DNA of 64,000 nt from Haplodiscus bocki. Its lineage: Eukaryota. The notes under the pieces are model-generated. The model had not been told where the DNA came from. It ran no database searches and was given only the letters and a program-made list of their open reading frames with translations. This document shows, in pieces, positions 56,201 to 64,000 of the stretch; within the stretch, counting starts at the first letter, position 1, and each line of letters begins with the position of its first letter. Location of the stretch: positions 9,610,001-9,674,000 of the forward strand of contig OZ296658.1 of the NCBI GenBank assembly GCA_965655095.1. The letters are read 5' to 3'. Position numbers and translations under genes: made by a program.

Positions 56201-58789
56201 GAAAGCGTCCCGCTTCCCGAACTTATTCACCGTGCAGCTGTAATCCACGGTCATGCGCTTGCCTCCACCGCGTTTGCTTACGATGACTGGTTGCGACCTC
56301 CACTGTGAACGGGATTCTTCAACGATTCCATTCTCGAGCAACGACTTCACAGTTTTTCTAATCACCTCTTGATCCTTTGGCGTGAAGGTGATCGTATTGG
56401 TACCGCATCGTCTGTCAAATCGATGATGGGTTCCGGTTCGATTTTGAGATTGCTGTCCTTTAAACTCTTGTCGAACACGTCTTCATACTCCTTGAGTATC
56501 TCCGCGACGCCGGCCATCTCGCTGTGAGCTGCTAACACAAGATGAGGGCCGCTGTCAGACGTTTTCAATGTTACCTGAGAAAAGTTAGAGAGCGAATCCC
56601 TACCCAGGATTGCCCCGAAGCTCAAATTCTCAATTACGCGGACTGGAACAGTGAATGAATGACCTGAGATACTCAACGAACAGTTTACACGCCCAACTTC
56701 TACCAACTCTGAGCCAGTGGCAGACTTCAGCGTGTCAGACCCAGTTACCTGTAACCATTGCAATCCAAGTTCTTGTGCGCACTTCAACGACAGCAACGTT
56801 GAGGGTGATCCAGAATCAACTAGCCATCGCACATTCCTCCCATCGATGGTGCCATGCAGCAGCTTTGGAGCACCTGCTTGCGTGCTAGCAAAACCAACTA
56901 GGGAGTCGAGACGAACTACCTCATCAGCAACAACTCCAGCGACGTGCGTTTTGGCGCCTTGGCTTGTGCCTCGCATATTGCTATAACCAACCTTGGATGT
57001 ACTGCTCTTGCACACTGCCGCGAAGTGATTAGGCTTGTCACACTTCTTGCATTTCTTACCCCAAGCTGTGCAATCCTCCTTCGAACGGTGCTTTTGATTT
57101 CTGCCACAGTACTTGCAGATAAAGGTTGACGATGCTGGACCAGTCTTCTGTGTCCGTGGGGTAGGTTTGTTACGTTTCAATGCAAACGTACCTGAGTCAG
57201 TGCTGCCGACCTGTGACATACCCCCCTGCTCGCAGACGCTCGTCTCCAGTTGTTTCGCTCGCTTTAGCACATTTCCTAAAATCTCTGTGTCGGCCATCAA
57301 AAGTAGCTCCTGGCAGATGCGCGGCTCGCGGATTGCCGAGATGAGCTGCTGCTTGACCTCCGCGTCGACTTGCCCTCCGAAGTCGCACTGCTGTGCCGCA
57401 AACGTAGAGACGTCCTACCCCGTCTCCTGCCGCAGCTTCCTGAAGTTGTAGACTGCGTACGTCTTCGAGAAGCGCTCGCCGTAGTAGGTCTCCAACGCTT
57501 TTATTGCTTCTGCGTAGGTAGTACCAGAATTCAGCGTCGTTAAGATCTCGTAGCATTTTGGCGTAATGTTGGCCAAGAGAACTGCACGTTTTTCAGCGTC
57601 TTCGTGTTGCATAGTTACTGGCAACCATGTAATTCTCGAACACCTGACGCCAAAGCTTCCAATTAACAGTCTTGTCATCGGGATTGAACTGCGCGGGTGG
57701 CTTAATGTGATGTCGAAGAACAGTATCAGGCATCACTGAATGAAGTAACCAAAATTCTAGTGCTAGAATCAACGAATTTTGCTGTTGCAAGTGCTGATCT
57801 CCCCACAAGTCGTCGTGGTGCCAAGATGAACTGAAGCAAGAATCGCCAGAAAGTTACCCCGTGTACCACACAATAGCAATCCCAACACAATATCGTTGGA
57901 AAGGGCTTGAATCAGGCTAGCCCCCGAAATATTTTTCAATAAGACCGGTTCAGTCTTCGAGAAGTTATTAGCTTCCAAAGTTAGGCTGACGTTCTGACTG
58001 AACGTCCCTCACTGCAGCGTAATGCTCGTAGTGCTGCACTGCCGCGACTCTAATCTTGCTGACTGAACCAAATGTGAAGACTATTCTCTAGCCAATCGTG
58101 AATTCAACTGATAATCATTGCATAATTACGCAATTAATTAACTACATAGCCCGAGGCATGGTCAGATGTATGTTATGCAACACGTCACATCCTCCCGAGG
58201 CATGGACAGATGTATGTTATGCAACACGTCACAATGTGAAAACTGCAAGTGTCAGGCAACTTTGAAAAACATGCAAAACTTTATGCAAGCTTGACTAGGG
58301 AACGAATATGATATTGAGTAGAAATATGAAGTTATAGTTGAAAATGTTGGCGATTTGCTAAGTTTCAAATAAGTTTTTTCGTGACGTACGAAAGGTTCCG
58401 CTCCACACATTTTCGAAAGTTTAGGCCATCCATCAGCGTTTATTATTCAAACTTTCTGGGCCTCTATATTCAAATTAGATAGAATGGCTCTTGAACAGCT
58501 AAAATATTGGCACTCTTTAATTGTTTTAAGCAGAGCTGATGAAAAACTTTCAATATAACACTCGCCACTACCAGCCACTCACTTCAGTCGTCGATTTTTC
58601 GATGTATTGCAAATGCAGTTTGTCCATTTCAAAGTTGCCATCATCAACCCAGTTTGCATTCCGACGATTGGAAAATTCTGCATTTCCCCGGGACGTTCCA
58701 CGGTAGCTTCCTTTTCCTCCATCTTTGAAAGAATGTTGGTTGAACATGGCCTCTTGCGAAGAGGGAGACATCAGCTCCGTGTCTGTCAT
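2261..58789 (-). CDS. Multi-exon host gene: RRM + two extended Tudor domains + C-terminal coiled coil (Vreteno/Veneno/TDRD10-like), ~1058 aa
   Basis: Hand-spliced exons in transcription order, all GT-AG and phase-consistent: 58583-58789, 46793-46884, 38273-38392, 34590-34766, 33876-34050, 33278-33422, 32513-32639, 31634-31828, 30834-31039, 28590-28864, 25773-25899, 24844-25169, 12484-12656, 11100-11338, 10080-10229, 5219-5302, 2900-3103, 2261-2415 (sum 3177 nt incl. TAA). RRM: KLHLQYIEKSTTEEEFADY...DWWFCFQKFNTAEEAETVRQFLRNREFKGKRIKAMYA. Tudor 1: LLESPKNIILQL...PQPGRVCLAK...FKRAV...KVELIDSGEIVEV. Tudor 2: VTHVKSPAEFYVQL...ELVCVKIDNRWLRAQV...VEVFCVDHGYSATV...AQAIKVSL. Coiled coil: YVEALQEEIAQLKEKVEKLESQMEEM. 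Some splice sites (12484, 11338, 10080) are less certain. Confidence 0.8.
9085..9620 (+). repeat. Dispersed ~0.5-kb repeat family A (other copies ~4350-4640, 5395-5810, 30150-30720, 38850-39600, 40990-41530, fragment 58980-59040)
   Basis: Shared ACAGAGGCGAAG.GGAACTTCGC head, TCGAATTGAGACAAGTAC and TCAATC..GTTTTTT.AGGTTACGCCATTTT cores, CATTCTTCCTTTCAGTC tail. Confidence 0.8.
10790..10859 (-). pseudogene. tRNA-like remnant (pseudo-tRNA or SINE head)
   Basis: GGCAAAATAGTGTACTGGTAACACGTCTGCTTGCAATAATAAAGCATGGGGATCGATTCCTGCCATGTCC: A-box- and B-box-like motifs, broken stems. Confidence 0.45.
13137..17335 (+). mobile_element. Decayed BEL/Pao retrotransposon (pol remnant, gag deleted) between diverged LTR-like repeats
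   Basis: Broken frames with Pao motifs: DQIRSWYDME, NNYFSALVQL, FQMDD, NPADTGTQG, NGIDYF, KCLTTRAVHFEV, NPPGAPHHGDVWERL. PPT-like GCCCGGAGGA then TGTT at 17003; 13137-13405 resembles 17061-17330. Confidence 0.85.
17491..17727 (-). repeat. 3' LTR of BEL/Pao element
   Basis: 237 bp, immediately preceded on the minus strand by a polypurine tract. Confidence 0.97.
17728..17740 (-). promoter_or_regulatory. Polypurine tract of BEL/Pao element
   Basis: AAGGAGAGGAGAA abutting the TG of the 3' LTR. Confidence 0.9.
17767..18632 (+). CDS. JmjC-domain Fe(II)/2-oxoglutarate dioxygenase, 2 exons (17767-18122, 18200-18632), 262 aa, inside the retrotransposon
   Basis: A 77-nt intron GTATGA...TTCTTTCAG (18123-18199) joins the two ORFs in frame (..PLNFG|YFVFVEG..). 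Motifs: RPWHYD (H133, D135), TLLTGRKIWVFAP (K154), CEVGAGETIYMPYGYGHSVITL (H218), matching the JmjC consensus HxD...GxKxW...GexlfiPxGxxHxV. Exons are visibly more GC-rich than the intron and flanks. Confidence 0.9.
18640..18645 (+). terminator. Polyadenylation signal of JmjC gene
   Basis: AATAAA 7 nt after the TGA stop. Confidence 0.6.
19024..24181 (-). CDS. BEL/Pao gag-pol polyprotein (gag, 3 Cys/His knuckles, protease, RT, RNase H, integrase); one frameshift near 19445
   Basis: 1607-aa ORF: KLPKFDLPKFDG gag motif; CPACEADH/CFNCLRLGH/CRKCQKKHH knuckles; ALLDSGSQ protease; FYVDDYL RT; FTDASE RNase H; GLDFAGP...YTDNATNF...GLWEAAVK integrase. The C-terminal tail (VLTPAHFLVG...RPVVQL) continues in ORF 19024-19461. 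Confidence 0.95.
24203..24220 (-). promoter_or_regulatory. Primer binding site (tRNA-His/Phe-like)
   Basis: TGGTGCCGCGACCCGGGA, 2 nt inside the 5' LTR. Resembles the complement of tRNA-His or tRNA-Phe 3' ends; the isoacceptor is not resolvable without the host tRNA set. Confidence 0.85.
24223..24459 (-). repeat. 5' LTR of BEL/Pao element
   Basis: 237 bp direct repeat of 17491-17727, followed on the minus strand by TT then the PBS. Confidence 0.97.
29372..29800 (+). repeat. Dispersed repeat family C (other copies ~29860-30100, ~34820-35330)
   Basis: Shared ACAAGA.G.C.GGCTAC..C..G.ATA.T.TC.GC..TCCAA head and GGATGATT.TCCTTCCATATT...ATA.GG.CG.AAA tail. Confidence 0.7.
36990..37380 (+). repeat. 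Dispersed repeat family B with internal tRNA-like segment (other copies ~7810-8090, fragment 28410-28500)
   Basis: Shared AAGAATACTGATTCTCAAG..GAATGTCA...TAGAGCAT.CGAC...CTCTTTGATCAAAATCT.GGAACAAAT.CGAG.TGTGAACGGATC. Confidence 0.7.
39620..40800. mobile_element. Foldback/MITE-like element with long imperfect inverted arms
   Basis: Nested inverted matches: GACCCCATTTTTGG/CCAAAAATGGGGGTC; GGTGCCGAAAATGCAATTTACATG/CATGTAAATTGACATTTCGGCACC; TATAGGCGTAAAC/GTTCACGCCTATA; GAGTCAAACGTTTT/AAAACATTTGACTC. Confidence 0.7.
42725..46120 (+). mobile_element. Decayed BEL/Pao remnant (gag with knuckles, integrase fragment) between diverged ~245-bp direct repeats
   Basis: FEWPEWSGQF, KTLVTGRAKAA, PMKDGDHKIWKC/CFCC/CGKDGC knuckles, FQNIGIDYFGPFEVK...CLFTC; 42725-42970 resembles 45875-46120. 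ORFs 43058-43735 and 43880-44470 are probably its gag N-terminus. Confidence 0.75.
47331..48279 (+). mobile_element. Internally deleted hAT DNA transposon (949 bp)
   Basis: 11-bp TIRs TAGGGCAACCC / GGGTTGCCCTA; 8-bp TSD GTGAGACG (47323-47330, 48280-48287); subterminal GGGCCAAA arrays at both ends. Confidence 0.93.
47624..48115 (+). CDS. 163-aa truncated hAT transposase: BED-like zinc finger fused to C-terminal dimerisation domain
   Basis: YCKLCKTKVSC...IHRSGHVH (C2H2 BED-like) and SSASIERSFSKLGKLLAEDRNF (hAT C-terminal ERxFS motif); most of the catalytic core is missing. Confidence 0.75.
   Translation: MGRQGLCTSDKIDTFTSKYPREFEKRKLLGEFVLYCKLCKTKVSCDKKIRVEIHRSGHVHQREIGQLQLTPVVNFFIPNTTTKFDDPIRTYLVNRLENMQDLMDIISCTTGLSPEKTAKLRGAVGSSASIERSFSKLGKLLAEDRNFDAKNVEAYICVYCNNL
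47762..51365. repeat. 1802-bp tandem duplication (47762-49563 / 49564-51365)
   Basis: The ORF track repeats at a 1802-bp offset; one substitution seen (~48824 vs ~50626); junction microhomology CGA(C/A)AA. Confidence 0.95.
53523..58233 (-). mobile_element. Ty3/Gypsy LTR retrotransposon (Mag/K02A2.6-like)
   Basis: 161-bp TG...CA LTRs 53523-53683 and 58073-58233 (3 mismatches seen); TSD ATGTG; PBS-like TGGTTCAGTCAGC (58058-58070); PPT AAAGATGGGAGGA (53684-53696). Confidence 0.95.
54125..57733 (-). pseudogene. Gypsy gag-pol split by several frameshifts/stops
   Basis: Order gag (NWKLWRQVFENY; CKYC..H..C and CKKCDKPNHFAAVC), PR (WLVDSGS), RT (IYLDDIVI), RNase H (LETDASG), IN (HSDRGKAF...GQNERYN) across at least six ORF fragments. 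Confidence 0.9.
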
Positions 58790-58808
58790 TTGACTATCTG
58801 AAAAAAAA
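58790..58808 (-). promoter_or_regulatory. Splice acceptor 8 nt upstream of host ATG (5'UTR intron or trans-splice site)
   Basis: Minus strand reads TTTTTTTTCAG|ATAGTCAAATG; no upstream exon identified. Confidence 0.55.
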
Positions 58809-60459
58809 AGATAAAAAGCATCTATGAAAGAACTCCGTTTTTCGCGGCGACGTGTAGCACGAGTAAAGTATCTGAAAAACAATTTGAAAAGACTGACATC
58901 AAAGTTTCTAGGCACTAATCGCTTAAAAATTAGCAATATAAAAAAAATCACGTAAATCAACTAACTTTCGAAAAGCATACACAGAGGCCAAGCTGAACTT
59001 CGCAAGACATTCTGACTCATCAATTCAAATCAAAGATGAAGTTAAATGAACACTCTACCTGTAGAGCTGTTGGAACTGAAAGATTTACTGTTTCTCAATA
59101 ACATTGTAAATGGTTAAGTTCCAACTTCGACAATTTCAACACTCGTAATCAAACCAATGACCACAATCTACACGACGTGGTCTATTCTTGCAAAACGAAC
59201 TTAGTACTTTCTGAGCAGAATTTTTTCTGCAGACGTCCAAAAATGCTATCATTCTGGCGAGGAAATACAGCATTATTATTAGTAGCCTTGAATTGACAAA
59301 ATGTGCAATACATAACTTCACAAACTGACAAATATTTTTACATTCAGAGAAAAATAGTCCCAAAAGACAACTTTGATCTCTTCTCTACAGAAATGGATCC
59401 ATTTGAATTCGAAGACGGTATTTCATCGCCAGAAAGTTAGCATATTTCGACGCCTTCCAGAAAAAATTCTCAGGAAGTAGTAAATTCGTTTCCTAAGAAT
59501 AGGCCACATCGTATCGTAGATTGTGGTCATTGGCTGGATTACGAAAGATGAAATTGTCGAATTTGAAACTGCAACAACCATTTACTAATTTATCAAGAAA
59601 CAGTAAACCTTTTATCTCAAAAAAATCTTTACAGATAGAGTGTCAATTTTATGAGTCGATCGCGACAATCTTTCCCGGTGTTACCCATTTCAAGATTCTT
59701 TTTTGGAAACATTGCATTCCAGTCAGGTCTGATTTTTAAGGATGCCAGGCTTCAGATGCAGAAATTAGAACTGGACTGGTGAGTGACTACTGAACATTCC
59801 ATTATGTCTAAGACGGCACCGTTGGGGGTGACTGCATCTTCAGATTATGTGGATTGCTGTAACAAAATGGGAGCCTTTTCGTAATATATGAGCTTCATCG
59901 TAGAGACGAGGATACAGAAAAGCCCGAATTTTCACAACAGGAAAAGATTGGATATCAGTGTCAGAGAGTTTTAGATAAGGGAAAAGTTCGCAGATAGAAA
60001 TTAATTCAGTTTTGTAAGACTTGAAAGCCCTACTTTTTTCGTCGGCACCTTCAAAACATAGTTCAAGATCCTTTTCGGTAGCTCCAAAATTGTCATTAGC
60101 TTACTGCTATCGTCTGCATAAAGAAAAAGAAATGGCGACAGACATGACTCTTCCACTTGAATGAAAAAAACATGAAAAAAAGCGGGCCGAGCATTCGGCC
60201 TTGAGGTACCTATCCCACTAGTAACAGTTTCGAAGCCACTTCGAGAGCAGTCAATTTTAACACACTGTCGTCTGTCAATCGAAAAAGAAGAATTGAAAGT
60301 AGTAGATGCCCACCAATGCCGATGTTATCTCTTAAACATCTTGAGCAGGAATTAAGAGTGTATAAACGTTTTGAATCCTTTCTTGTGTGGAATGCCTCCA
60401 ATGGGTGGATTTTGAAGACAAGAACGACTGTTGTATGTCTAGGCATTCGAAGTTTCACA

Positions 60460-60960
60460 TTTTGAAACCTTGGCGGACTAATTATTTCCTTTTAGTTGAT
60501 TTTCAACCGAGACTTTCAGATGCTAGTAATTTCAAAATCCTGTCACTCCCTGGAGCATGTATACGTGACCCGTATATAATGAATCCCCGAAAAAGTATGT
60601 TTGAAACTTTGTTGCTATTCTTTTGAGGGAAGGATCTTTTCGACGGATTCGAACCTTTCTTGGTTTGTTCCCAAAAAATTGCCCAAGATTTCATTGAACT
60701 AGCAGATTTCGTTTGCCAGAGAACTGAAGCAAATTTTTCGTGCATGGAATACCCTAGTCAAAGCCAGTCAAACCAACGCTATTCTCAAAATTAAAGCGGA
60801 AAGGAAATTGCCCAAACACGACGTAAAAGTAATGTGGAAAAATGGCGGTGTCAGTGCATTCACGTCTGGTCGACGGTACTTCGAAGCGGATAAAATTCAC
60901 TTGAACAACGAGGAACCAAACGACATCAAGGATCTAATCAAAGGAAAACTTCTGTACTCG
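60460..60960 (+). pseudogene. Decayed SGNH/GDSL esterase-like reading frame
   Basis: Eroded blocks in the right order: FLLVDFQ (block I), ILSLPGACIRD (II), LLFF*GKDLF (III), FEADKIHLN (V). Confidence 0.5.
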
Positions 60961-61399
60961 CAATACAGCAATGAGCTAAACAACGCGGGAAAATCGAAGG
61001 CGTTCACTTGTGAAACTAACAGCTGCCGGTGTCTGAGTCCCTGGATAAATCAATCCAAATACTGTTAATTCTCCAAAAGTACCGTCAGGATCCATTGTTG
61101 AGTTAAAACCGAGATCTCCTCCCATTCGTGCTTCGGTTTTCCAAAGATACTGCCAGGTGCCACCGGATAAATCAAAAACCCAATGGTTCTTGCCTATTCC
61201 CTTTAATGCGATAAAAAACGTGAGAATGACTCGAACTTGCAGACCTTGCAAAAACGAGAGAAATATTGACGAAAACTCTTATGAATGCGTCTCATGCAAC
61301 TGTCAGCTTCACGTGAACCCGTAAGGAAATGCCCTTTCGAAATTCGCTTCAAGCGGCTGCTGTGCAGTACCCGTGTCAATAACATTGAGCGTGATAGTT

Positions 61400-64000
61400 C
61401 CATCTGAAGCAGAACTGTAGCGAATGTGGAAAAACTGAATATCGGAGAAAAATTGCAAAATACGGAAACAAATATGACGGAGCTAGTTGAAAAAAAAGTA
61501 GTTGGAGCACTGAAAATGACACCACACCAGGTTGAGAAGAAGTACTCATCTGTTTTGGATGCAGAAACCCAGAAATGTACTGGTGTAGTTCGGTTGAAGA
61601 AACATCATGCCGATAGATCTTACTTTGGTCACAATATCAAACAAAGTTTTGGAGTGCAGGGGGTCACTTAGGACTCGGAAAGAACAAAAGCTGAGAACGT
61701 ACTACTAACGTTTCAAAAAGTAAAGGAAGTGTTGAATTTAATTGGTGAAAAACAAAACATTGTTGACTTGAGGAGACTCGGCAAGTTTGACGGAAAAAGA
61801 GTAAAACAGGGCAGAGCTTTCTTAGAACCTTATCAAGAGAGCGCGAAGCGCGTTTGGTGTTGGTTACGACCATGGAAGAAGGGAAAACTTTGTTTGAAGT
61901 GGGTACATATCTCCTTCCAGGGTTATCGAAAGACAATGCCGCCAAAGAAAACTTGATACTGAAAAGCGACGTGATCTACCCAATCAAGGAATGGCCCGAG
62001 AGAAGTTGAAAATCAAAAACTTCGAACTGTTCAGCGATGGAGTCAAAGTGGGTCTTAATTGTGAAACTGATGCTCAGAAGGTAAAGTGACTAGTTTTCCT
62101 GAATGTTTGTTTATTGAACGCTAACAATTTAGTTACCAGTGAACGCCGATTCGAATTGATCAACGTAGTTTGGACCGAACCTTATCATGTTCTGTGTATT
62201 TGCGAAAAATGGATCGACAAAGACGTCCAAATTTGCGAATTGGCGATGGGAAGTTATTAAAATTTCAAGGGAGAGAAGCCTCCTAAAACCAATGTCAGCC
62301 CCTTTTCCGGTTCGCTGATTGCTATGACATACAGTTTAGACTCTGAAAGTGGATACCGCTCTCCGTGACTACTGCTTAGCTTGCAATATAGAGTCAACCG
62401 AAAGTGAAAGTTTCTTTTGCGTTTTTCACAACCCTGCTGAGGACAGTAAATATAGATACACGAAAGAAGACTTTGAAGCTAAAGTAAAGGGCAGCCCCAA
62501 ATCCAAACAACTACTCATATGCATTGATAATAATTTCTCCAAATCTAACTGGGAAACTTTCGTAAAGCGACAAGTTCGAGCTCGAAATTGTTGACCTTTT
62601 CGAGGAAAATCTTTCTGAAGAAACTGCAGATTTCATCACTTGTGGAAACAGCCTACTCGACATCGCTCTGCGCCGCAATTTCCCAGTCAATGTTGAAACG
62701 AACAAACATGTGACGAAATTATATGACTGCAGAGACCACGTTGCAGTTTCATTTTTGGTAGAATATACTCGCGTTGACACGAAACCAATCATCGGGGACT
62801 CCCGAAAAATTGGCAACTTAGACTATAACCAAATAAAAGAAATGATGAAAACTAAACATTTTGAAGCAACTTGCAATACAAACAGGAACCGAAAGAGTGA
62901 CGAAATGTATCATTGCATCGAAAAGTTGACAGAAATTTGTGTTCTTAGGAGAAGCCGTCATCAACAGAGTCTTCCGCCGTGGATTTCATTATGTACTCCG
63001 AACCCTTCAAAAAGACTTGAGACGAAAAAACGACTGTTATTTGAGAGAAACTACTTTATGCAGGAAACCAGATGTGGGAAATCAAAGATCAGATGTGACT
63101 GATTGCGCGGAAAGTGATCTTGTTGCGTACCAACGAAAACACCTGGAACAAGGAGACGCACATTCGATTTTCAAAAATCTCAAAAGACTTAACAAGAATT
63201 CTAATTTCCTAAAAAGTCTCATCAAGGACGGAAATTCGACCGAAACACAATCGAAAAAATCAACATTTTGAATCACTAATTCCATATGCTTTCCACGCCA
63301 AAACAAGGTTTCAACATCAATGATACTAAGCCAAAAAAGTCACTTCAACATTTCAGTCTCTCGAAAAAGAGTCTCCGCTAAATTCTGGTTACCTTGGGTT
63401 TTAAAAAAGCGCGAAGACCAGAAGGACTTCAACCATTTTTTTCCAAAAGACACCCGCTGCCATGGCACAAATAGTCCATAAATTTTCAAGAACATAGATC
63501 CTCTCCAACAAATGCCGGTCACTGGAAAAAATGCGGTTGTTTCCCATTTTTTTCAAGAAAGAGACAGACTCCAATTAGAAAAATACCAACCGCTGCCGCC
63601 TCCACACAGTGTCGGTAAACTTTTCGAAAAGTCATTAAACAGTCCCTGTATGACCAATTTGCCGAACTTCTACCAAAGTTTCAACATGGTTTTGTGAGAC
63701 GAAAGTCAGTTGCAACCAATAAGCTTGTCTTTCTGAAATAAGTTCACGATGCTGTGGAAGAAGAGTCATCAAGTGAAGTTTTCGCCTTGTACACAGAGTT
63801 TTGAAAGACTTTTGACAAGGTACCTCTTTCAGAACTTTTGAAAAAACTCAACCAGATCAACGCTGGGGGCTGCATTCTTGAGCTGATATCTGATTACCTT
63901 GACCAAAATAAACAATTTTTTCGTATGGGTAATTCAAACTCCCTCATTGTGGATGTTACAAGCGACGTACTTCAGGGGTCTGCGGTGAGTTCAATTATAT
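61400..64000 (+). mobile_element. Decayed non-LTR retrotransposon (CR1/L2-like LINE), truncated by the window end
   Basis: ORF1-like coiled coil and RRLGKF; APE-like VLCICEKW; RT motifs ALYTEF*KTFDKVP..LLKKL...LISDYL...VTSDVLQGS with many stops and frameshifts. Confidence 0.8.

Larger units (their letters stand above)
53415..58300. mobile_element. Small TIR (MITE-like) element interrupted by the Gypsy insertion
   Basis: Left flank TAGTCGACCTTGCATGCAAGTTTTACATGTT is an imperfect inverted repeat of right flank AACATGCAAAACTTTATGCAAGCTTGACTA. Confidence 0.5.

Noticed and set aside
59800-59860. VGGDCIFR as an OTU protease relic
   Set aside because: Too short, surrounded by stops, no other motif found.

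Overview
AT-rich, repeat-dense animal (probably invertebrate) genomic DNA; the taxon cannot be fixed from sequence alone. Almost the whole window is one minus-strand host gene. I reconstructed it by hand as 18 phase-consistent GT-AG coding exons (58789 to 2261, 3177 nt, about 1058 aa) encoding RRM, a Q/RG-rich linker, two extended Tudor domains, an acidic segment and a C-terminal coiled coil. This is a Vreteno/Veneno/TDRD10-like architecture suggestive of a piRNA-pathway Tudor protein. Its introns hold a young full-length BEL/Pao LTR retrotransposon (17491-24459), two decayed BEL/Pao remnants, a Ty3/Gypsy element (53523-58233), an internally deleted hAT element caught in a 1802-bp tandem duplication, and foldback/MITE-like and tRNA-like repeats. 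A decayed LINE and an SGNH-esterase-like remnant lie upstream of the gene. The standout is that the young BEL/Pao element carries, between pol and its 3' LTR and on the opposite strand, an intact two-exon gene for a 262-aa JmjC-type Fe(II)/2-oxoglutarate dioxygenase. It has a complete HxD...H triad, its own intron and a poly(A) signal, making it a candidate retrotransposon-encoded demethylase/anti-silencing module. All domain calls are by-eye motif recognition; no database search was run.
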